Positions 57,484 through 64,000 of a DNA stretch of 64,000 nt are shown here, piece after piece. The stretch is from the NCBI GenBank assembly GCA_964525495.1, contig CAZGHS010000005.1, positions 12,599-76,598 on the forward strand, in the 5' to 3' direction. Numbering within the stretch: the first letter of the stretch is position 1; the number at the start of each line of letters is the position of its first letter. This DNA is from an uncultured Gammaproteobacteria bacterium (GTDB lineage Bacteria; Patescibacteriota; Microgenomatia; JALYQM01). Under the pieces are notes generated by a model that saw only the letters and a program-made list of their open reading frames with translations, had not been told where the DNA came from and ran no database searches. The translations under genes were made by a program, and so were the position numbers.

Positions 57484-58825
57484 TATATTAAAATCCGATC
57501 CTATTGCGCGTGGATCAGCAATACTTTTTGTAGGATCATTCGTAGTCAACATATTCAGCTATATTTATAACCTTATCATAGGGCGTATGTTGGGACCCGT
57601 ACTGTATGGTGAATATCTCTCCCTTATAACAATCGTATATCTCGTGAGCATACCGTTTGGAACTGTCCAAACGATCGTCATTAAGTATGTATCACAACTT
57701 AATTCACAAAACGAGTCACAAAAAATCAAAATATTACTTATCATGTTGACTAAATACATAACCATTTTTGCTTCGATAGTAAGTATCGTGTTGATCCTTA
57801 CAACACCTGTAATCAGCAACTTCCTGAAAATTGACGACATCCCAGCAATCGTTCTTATGGGAATTACATTCACAGCCTTCACAGTTCCAACAGTATTAGT
57901 ATCTGCCTTTAACGGTCTTGAGAGATTTCTCGAGGGAACTGTGATCAACGGAGTTGCATTAATTTTCCGTATAGTTATGTCAATCCTAGCAATCGGTTTA
58001 GGATTCGGTGTGGGAGGAGTATTTGGCGCATTGATTGTAGGATCAATGTTTGGGTATGGGTTGCTGTGGTACTATCTTAATAAATATTTGGACTCAGCAA
58101 GTCATAAAAGAAATTTAATAACAAAAATAAATTCATTTTTTAGAAGACTTGCTGCAGGGACAACAAACGAAATAACTTCCCTCAAAGAAGACATAATTAA
58201 ATTTACTATTCCTGCTGTCATCTCAACTATCGGGATTGCTGCTATCACCCAAGTTGATATAATCTTTGCCAAAGCTTTTTTCTCGCCAGAGGACGCAGGA
58301 ATATATAGTTCATTAGCAATCATCGGCAAAGTAATTCCATTTTTTACAATTCCACTACTCACCGCACTATTTCCTCAACTTGTCGCAAAAGTTACACGCA
58401 AGGAAAATTTTCTAAAACCTTTTTATGCAATTTTAGGAATCATTACCGTCGCTTCATTATGTTTATCAATATTTTATTTTATTTTTCCAGAGTTCATAAT
58501 AAACATGTTTTTTGGAAAACAGTATATGAACGCCGTACCATACATAGGATTATTCGGTCTTTTCCAGACAGTGTATGCAATTATGAATGCCTATGTGAAT
58601 TTTTTCCTAGCCATCGGAAAAAACAAACTGGCTGCACAAGCTATTGTGGCTGTAATTCTTCAATCATTTCTCATAATGATATTTCACAAATCACTTTATG
58701 ATTTAATATTAGTGTCACTTTGTGTATGTGCGTTGTTCACAATATACTATAGTGTATGTACATTACAACTGGCGTATAATACAAAAAAAATATCGCATGA
58801 ACCAATCAAAAAAAATATCATATAG
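57458..58825 (+). CDS. Wzx/MOP-family oligosaccharide flippase
   Basis: Many TM segments; RMLGP..YGEY, D..FAK.FFS...AG.YS, LFP, FFG..Y. Start ATG 57458. Confidence 0.88.
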   Translation: MKNLNQYINILKSDPIARGSAILFVGSFVVNIFSYIYNLIIGRMLGPVLYGEYLSLITIVYLVSIPFGTVQTIVIKYVSQLNSQNESQKIKILLIMLTKYITIFASIVSIVLILTTPVISNFLKIDDIPAIVLMGITFTAFTVPTVLVSAFNGLERFLEGTVINGVALIFRIVMSILAIGLGFGVGGVFGALIVGSMFGYGLLWYYLNKYLDSASHKRNLITKINSFFRRLAAGTTNEITSLKEDIIKFTIPAVISTIGIAAITQVDIIFAKAFFSPEDAGIYSSLAIIGKVIPFFTIPLLTALFPQLVAKVTRKENFLKPFYAILGIITVASLCLSIFYFIFPEFIINMFFGKQYMNAVPYIGLFGLFQTVYAIMNAYVNFFLAIGKNKLAAQAIVAVILQSFLIMIFHKSLYDLILVSLCVCALFTIYYSVCTLQLAYNTKKISHEPIKKNII

Positions 58826-59600
58826 ACTATCAGTAATTATCCCTGCATATAAGCAGGAAAAAACAATTATAGAGGATTTAGAGAATATTCAGTCAATCTT
58901 GAACCAATTACGCTACGATTATGAAATGATAATAGTAAACGATGGTTCGCCTGATAAAACAAAAGAAAAAATAGAAGATTTTATAGAAAAAACAGCATCA
59001 CCTAAATCAAAGGCAAAAATTATATCCTACGAAAAAAACCAAGGCAAAGGTCATGCCGTACGTATCGGAATCTCCAAAGCAGAAGGAGCGTATATTGCTT
59101 TCATAGATTCTGGAATGGATCTTAATCCCAATGGTCTATCGATGCTGCTCGAACATATGGAATGGTATAAAGCAGATATAATAGTAGGTTCCAAAAGGCA
59201 TCCAGCATCCAAAGTACAATATCCACTAATACGCCGTATTTACAGCCTTGGGTATCAGATATTTTGCTCACTATTATTCGGATTAAACATTAAAGATACA
59301 CAAACCGGGCTGAAGATATTTAAAAGGGAGGTCATACAGGACGTAATGCCTCGCTTATTGATAAAAAAGTGGGCTTTCGATATCGAGATGCTTGCTGTTG
59401 CTAACCATCTTGGACATACTAAAATTTATGAAGCTCCAATTGAACTTCGGCATATTTTTACAAATTCGAATATTAATAAAAAGGTAGTGTGGAATATGTT
59501 GTGGGATACTGCTGCAGTATTTTATCGAATGCATATTTTGCATTATTACGACAATGCGAACAAAAAAAGCTGGGCATCCAATCTTTCTGAGCCGAAGTAG
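58797..59600 (+). CDS. GT2, polyprenyl-phosphate sugar synthase-like (Alg5/Dpm1/GtrB type)
   Basis: SVIIPAY, VNDGSPDKT, NQGKGHAV, FIDSG, IVGSKRH, DTQTGLKIF, WAFDIEML. Confidence 0.85.
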   Translation: MNQSKKISYRLSVIIPAYKQEKTIIEDLENIQSILNQLRYDYEMIIVNDGSPDKTKEKIEDFIEKTASPKSKAKIISYEKNQGKGHAVRIGISKAEGAYIAFIDSGMDLNPNGLSMLLEHMEWYKADIIVGSKRHPASKVQYPLIRRIYSLGYQIFCSLLFGLNIKDTQTGLKIFKREVIQDVMPRLLIKKWAFDIEMLAVANHLGHTKIYEAPIELRHIFTNSNINKKVVWNMLWDTAAVFYRMHILHYYDNANKKSWASNLSEPK

Positions 59601-59605
59601 TAGTT

Positions 59606-60364
59606 TTACAATATACCCTTCCGTCGCCAATAGTGAGTATGAGCAAGAGAGAAAGCTCCATCTACAGCAAGAGTTTGTCCCGTAATATATCCAGACTTGT
59701 CAGAAGCAAGAAACACCATTGCATTTCCTACATCCTCAGGAGATCCTAAATAACCCCGTGGGACCTGTTGCGAAGACTTATCTTCAAGATTCCAAATATC
59801 AATAGCTCCAGGAGCAACACCATTTACACGAATGCCGTATTCAGCCAGTTCCAAAGCTGAATCCTTAATAAACATTTCAAGTGCAGCTTTTGAAGAAGAA
59901 TAAGCAGGTCGCAGTATTGTAACCTTACTGTGAGTGGATGTAGTAAAAAGAATTGAGCCTGCAATTTGTTTATCAATCATAACACCAACAACTTTTTGTG
60001 TTAAGAAAAAAGGGCCAATCAGATTTGTGTAATACACTTGCTCAATTTCTTCACGAGTAAGATCTAAAAGACCTTTTCCTGCGCTCATTCCTGCGTTATT
60101 TACTAATATATCTATTCGTCCATATTCTGACATCACCATATCTACCAATGCAGTCGTTGCATCATAATCACGGACATCGCATTGTACACAAGAAACTGAG
60201 CCTCCAAATGTTTCCATTTCCGATCGAACTTCATCAAACAAAGTCGGATCAATATCCGAGATTACGACGTGCGCACCTTCTCGTGCCATTGCTTTTGCAA
60301 TTCCCCGGCCAATTCCTCGAACCGCTCCTGTTACTATTACAACTTTATCCGCCAATGTCTTCAT
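59606..60364 (-). CDS. Short-chain dehydrogenase/reductase (classical SDR)
   Basis: VTGAVRGIG, CDV, DILVNNAG, YSSSK, IRVNGVAPG, ITGQ.L.VDG. Start MKTLAD. Confidence 0.92.
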   Translation of the reverse strand: MKTLADKVVIVTGAVRGIGRGIAKAMAREGAHVVISDIDPTLFDEVRSEMETFGGSVSCVQCDVRDYDATTALVDMVMSEYGRIDILVNNAGMSAGKGLLDLTREEIEQVYYTNLIGPFFLTQKVVGVMIDKQIAGSILFTTSTHSKVTILRPAYSSSKAALEMFIKDSALELAEYGIRVNGVAPGAIDIWNLEDKSSQQVPRGYLGSPEDVGNAMVFLASDKSGYITGQTLAVDGAFSLAHTHYWRRKGIL

Positions 60365-60411
60365 GTCCAGATTGTAACACAATATAAAGCAGATTCAGAT
60401 ATAATGGTCTT

Positions 60412-61527
60412 ATGAAAGTTTTGTGGTTATCATGGAAAGACATAACGCACCCAGATTCGGGCGGTGCAGAGATGTCAGGTCTAGAGCATGCCAAGGCATG
60501 GACACAAGCAGGTCATTCTGTACACTGGGTAAGTACAGGATACACAAACAGCAAACAACAGGAAGTCGTAGATGGAATAGTATACGAGCATATAGGCTCA
60601 AAGTGGATGTGGTATCTGGGAGTCATCCATATACTCATGGCATACAAATATATAACGCAATGGAAAAATGAATATGATTTCATAGTCGACGAAATACATG
60701 GGCCACCGCTGCTCACACCACTCTACGCAAAAAAGCCAAAAATAGTAATTATTCATGAAGTAGCAGGGGATATCTGGAAAAAAACAGTCCCTTTTCCAAT
60801 CAGCTGGATTGCGCAACACATCGTCGAGCCATTCTTTTTTAAAGCATACACAAAAGTTCCCTTCATAGTAGGCGCGCAGACAACTAAAGACGACCTTATC
60901 AAGGTTGGTATATCAGAGCAAAATATAACCCTCATTCCATACGGAGTCACTATTCCCATACAGAAAACAAATTATCCCAAAGAGGTAACACCAACACTAA
61001 TTTTCTTAAGCAGTCTACGCCCTATCAAAGGGTTTGATCGAGTTTATGAAGCATTTAAATCAATTCAAAAGGAAATCCCGGAAATAAAACTCTGGGTAGT
61101 AGGGGATGATTCCCTTCCTTACGGACAAAAGTTAAAGCAAAAAGTATTACGAGAAAATAAAAACGTAATTTTTAATGGAAAAGTTTCCCAAGAAGAAAAG
61201 TTTGAGCTTCTACAGCGAGCACATATATTAACTCATGGATCATATAAAGAAGGATGGGGACTAGTAGTAATCGAGTCTAATGCAGTCGGCACACCAGCTG
61301 TTGTATTTGATGCAGCAGGCTTAAGAAATAGTATAATAAGTGACAAAACAGGGTATCTAGCTCGTTCGGAAAGAGAGTTCTGTGGTTACATAGTTGAATT
61401 ACTTAACAACACAGAAAAATATACTAAAATGCAGCAGGATGCCAAGGTTTGGAGTAAGCAGTTCTCTTGGGGAAATTCGACTGCTCAATCATTACAAATT
61501 ATTAGTAAGATGCTAAATTCGAAATGA
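60412..61527 (+). CDS. Glycosyltransferase family 4
   Basis: W.DI.HP.SGGAE, GH.V, RL/R.IKG, KEGWGLVVIESNAVGTPAV..D..GLR.SI....TG. Confidence 0.92.
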   Translation: MKVLWLSWKDITHPDSGGAEMSGLEHAKAWTQAGHSVHWVSTGYTNSKQQEVVDGIVYEHIGSKWMWYLGVIHILMAYKYITQWKNEYDFIVDEIHGPPLLTPLYAKKPKIVIIHEVAGDIWKKTVPFPISWIAQHIVEPFFFKAYTKVPFIVGAQTTKDDLIKVGISEQNITLIPYGVTIPIQKTNYPKEVTPTLIFLSSLRPIKGFDRVYEAFKSIQKEIPEIKLWVVGDDSLPYGQKLKQKVLRENKNVIFNGKVSQEEKFELLQRAHILTHGSYKEGWGLVVIESNAVGTPAVVFDAAGLRNSIISDKTGYLARSEREFCGYIVELLNNTEKYTKMQQDAKVWSKQFSWGNSTAQSLQIISKMLNSK

Positions 61528-62576
61528 AAACCTTTTCAGTAATTATTCCAACTCTCAATGCACAACGTACACTAGAAGAATGCTTGCAATATATTTCCTT
61601 ACAAAACTATTCCAAAGAGCAATTCGAAGTAATTATTGCTGATGGTGGGTCGACAGATAATACTTTAGAAATCGCTAAACAATACAATTGTATCGTTGTA
61701 CCTAATATGCTCAAAACTGCAGAAGCTGGAAAAATGACAGCTTTGAAGGCGGCAAAAGGAAAATATATCATTTCGATCGATTCAGATAATGTTTTATTGG
61801 ACAAGGACTGGTTTTTAAAAATGCAAAAAGTTTTGGACACTGATGCGGATATCGTTGCTGCCGAGCCAATTGAGTTCGTCTGTCGTCCTACCGATCACCC
61901 TTTAGTGCGATATTTTGCATACCTCGGAATGGGAGATCCACTAAATCTATTTCTTGGAAATTATGACAAAATCAGTGCAGTAACAGGTAAATGGACATCT
62001 CTTAATATTAAAGAGCAAGAAAAAAAAGATGGGTATATAAAAATTAGGTTATATCAGCATGATCAGCTCCCCACGATAGGTGCAAATGGTTTTGTAGTAA
62101 GACGAGAATTGCTTTCATCACTACAAGATAAACAATATCTTTTCGACGTTGACGTTTTAGATAGTTTAATGATTCAAGAAAGCAATTCATGTTATATAGC
62201 AAAAGTAGATACGGGTGTGGTCCATCTATTCGTCACTGATTTTAAAACATTGATAAGAAAACTCAGAAGGAAAGTGAAAGATTATGTATATTATCAGTCA
62301 AAAGATTTGCGCGTCACACATAAAAATACAAATCCTATTTTAAGGTTACTTTATCCAGGCGGTCCCAATTTCACTGGACTACTTCTTTTCATAGTTTGTT
62401 GTGTAAGTGTTATCCCTCTTATAATTCAAGCAACGATTGGCTATATTCGTAAGCCAGATTGGGTCTGGATATATCACCCGGTGGTCTGTTGGATTGCGCT
62501 CTACGTATATGGTACAGAGAGAATAAAAAGCATCTTCAAAAAATCTATTTACGATCGGAGTTCTTGGAGTCAGTGA
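61524..62576 (+). CDS. Glycosyltransferase family 2 with C-terminal TM helices
   Basis: SVIIPTLN, ADGGSTDNT, IDSDN, TIGANG; two hydrophobic segments at the C-terminus. Confidence 0.9.
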   Translation: MKTFSVIIPTLNAQRTLEECLQYISLQNYSKEQFEVIIADGGSTDNTLEIAKQYNCIVVPNMLKTAEAGKMTALKAAKGKYIISIDSDNVLLDKDWFLKMQKVLDTDADIVAAEPIEFVCRPTDHPLVRYFAYLGMGDPLNLFLGNYDKISAVTGKWTSLNIKEQEKKDGYIKIRLYQHDQLPTIGANGFVVRRELLSSLQDKQYLFDVDVLDSLMIQESNSCYIAKVDTGVVHLFVTDFKTLIRKLRRKVKDYVYYQSKDLRVTHKNTNPILRLLYPGGPNFTGLLLFIVCCVSVIPLIIQATIGYIRKPDWVWIYHPVVCWIALYVYGTERIKSIFKKSIYDRSSWSQ

Positions 62577-63999
62577 TTTGCAACACTCCTAAACTACATA
62601 CAACACAGGAAATAAAACAGGTAAGCCCGACGGAAGAAAACAACAACACCAATAAATTTAAATTAAAAATCTGCAGAATAAGACAGATGCTAAGAAGAAT
62701 AAGAGTCAAAAAATATAAAATTTGTAGACGAACTGCATTAAAGGCTACCATACATATCGAAGAAATAGTTATGCCTATAAGCAATGTTGTGTTAATTGCA
62801 TTCCAACTTATCAATTGAGCTCCCATAAAAAAAATAAAAACAGCTAAAAATATGAAACTTACCGCGTAAATTACACTATACATCCATGAAACAATTATTG
62901 TGAATTTCCTAGCATATGCGGTATTAAAGATAAATTTAAGCGCTCGAGTTCTAAGGAGATAAAAGAATTTATAAAGAAAAATTCTAAATAAATAGACAAA
63001 AAATAGTATCCAGATAATAATGATTAAAGTAAAATATCTCAGTTGAAAAACCGGAACAATAGTAAGTGTGTAGTTGGAAGGATCATGATGTGTTTGCTCA
63101 GTTACTTTCCAATTAGTTCCAAGTTGTTGACGAATCTGTTCGTCTTGACTTAGATATGTATTTCGCACAGAGACGTTATATGAACTATCGTCGCCTTTAC
63201 TAATAGATACACTTGGAGTTCTTCCAGGAAGAGCAGCAACTCGATCAAGTTGTAAGTATGGTTCATAAACCGGGAGTACTTGGACTGTAATGCCGGAAAG
63301 TTCACTCTCAGGGATGCCAACTTTATTAACAAGTTCAATGCCAGCAGTAGAATCAGAAGAACTTTTCATAAAAACAAGATAATTTGTGTAATCCCTTGGA
63401 TGAAAATTAGTTTTACGAAGGACCGTATTAAGCAAATCGTGGCGTGAAGAAGATAACTCAAAGACATTTAAATTTACGTCGCGTGACAATCGATACTTCA
63501 TCTGTAACAAATATGTCTGATTAGGTTCAAAATGAGAGATAGAAAAGTGATATCTTTGGAATTCATCCGTTGAAGAGATTTTCTGCCATGATCCTAAATA
63601 AGGTGACGGAGTAAATCCAGACAGAGTAAAAATATTTCTAACCGGTTCATTAACTCGAACATTGGGATAAGTGAACAGAGTTGTTCCGTCCGCCTGTGTA
63701 ACCTCACTAACACGTTGTATCTGCCCAGATGAAGTCTGCAGTGCAAGTTGAGCGCGCATGCTGGCGGGAACAAAACTCAAATTAAAGGATGCATTAAAAA
63801 GACCCTGCTCCTTTCGCTCAGTAATTGATTTCAAATCATAGCGAATTTCGTGTGGATACCGATTAGAAGAAATGGGGTCGATTTTTTCTAAAAGTGAATC
63901 AAAAATAGAATCGGCTAATGACTGCAAATATTTAGAGTCTTGTTCAGATCTCTTATTCTTTCCTTCTGCAATCCGCATATCTACTTTATCGCGGTGTGA
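62545..63999 (-). CDS. Membrane protein, probably the C-terminal part of a longer gene (frame open to window edge)
   Basis: No stop between 63999 and ATG 63978 in this frame; beta-rich region followed by about five hydrophobic helices. Confidence 0.65.
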   Translation of the reverse strand, partial: SHRDKVDMRIAEGKNKRSEQDSKYLQSLADSIFDSLLEKIDPISSNRYPHEIRYDLKSITERKEQGLFNASFNLSFVPASMRAQLALQTSSGQIQRVSEVTQADGTTLFTYPNVRVNEPVRNIFTLSGFTPSPYLGSWQKISSTDEFQRYHFSISHFEPNQTYLLQMKYRLSRDVNLNVFELSSSRHDLLNTVLRKTNFHPRDYTNYLVFMKSSSDSTAGIELVNKVGIPESELSGITVQVLPVYEPYLQLDRVAALPGRTPSVSISKGDDSSYNVSVRNTYLSQDEQIRQQLGTNWKVTEQTHHDPSNYTLTIVPVFQLRYFTLIIIIWILFFVYLFRIFLYKFFYLLRTRALKFIFNTAYARKFTIIVSWMYSVIYAVSFIFLAVFIFFMGAQLISWNAINTTLLIGITISSICMVAFNAVRLQILYFLTLILLSICLILQIFNLNLLVLLFSSVGLTCFISCVVCSLGVLQITDSKNSDRK

Positions 64000-64000
64000 T

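Noticed and set aside
53214-60382. Extended ORF-track starts (53285, 55137, 57401, 58722, 60382; also 36666, 33992, 12928)
   Set aside because: The extensions overlap neighbouring genes or translate promoter sequence (e.g. MCYN = TGTTACAAT); downstream starts fit better.
1-64000. Alternative genetic code (TGA read-through as in Gracilibacteria/Absconditabacteria)
   Set aside because: Genes are full length under code 11 and several end in TGA (e.g. atpD, znuA); the two split genes are frame changes, not internal stops.

Overview
Gene-dense, AT-rich bacterial chromosome segment. Its gene content (divergent F1 ATPase subunits, a giant fibre-like protein, a DUF2341/LamG protein, many GT-C glycosyltransferases) points to a CPR/Patescibacteria genome, probably Microgenomates-like; this taxonomy is an inference. 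Layout: (1) the end of the atp operon, atpG-atpD-atpC (1-1972); (2) about 26 kb of co-oriented exported proteins (2063-28829): a 3626-aa tail-fibre-like repeat protein with a C-terminal intramolecular-chaperone-like domain, a DUF2341 + 6x LamG protein, a PQQ-sugar-dehydrogenase/PKD/LamG protein, and two proteins sharing an unrecognised ~430-aa propeller-like domain, with Pro/Thr-rich linkers in the last three; (3) seven GT-C (PMT/ArnT-like) membrane glycosyltransferase genes (28867-44513, one frameshifted), interspersed with a GH8 glycanase and a lipid kinase/phosphatase pair and followed by a UGM-like flavoprotein; (4) znuACB with a candidate Zur-type operator, a second PQQ-type dehydrogenase, tRNA-Arg(CCT), a GT2, an SGNH hydrolase, a HelD-like helicase, a NUDIX hydrolase and a cyclophilin; (5) a GT4/flippase/GT2 glycan locus. 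The best candidate for an undescribed system is a glycosylated host-attachment apparatus: fibre and lectin proteins encoded next to their putative protein-glycosylation machinery. Many genes also show leaderless promoter architecture. No CRISPR array, rRNA or transposase was seen. All family calls come from motif recognition by eye, not database searches.
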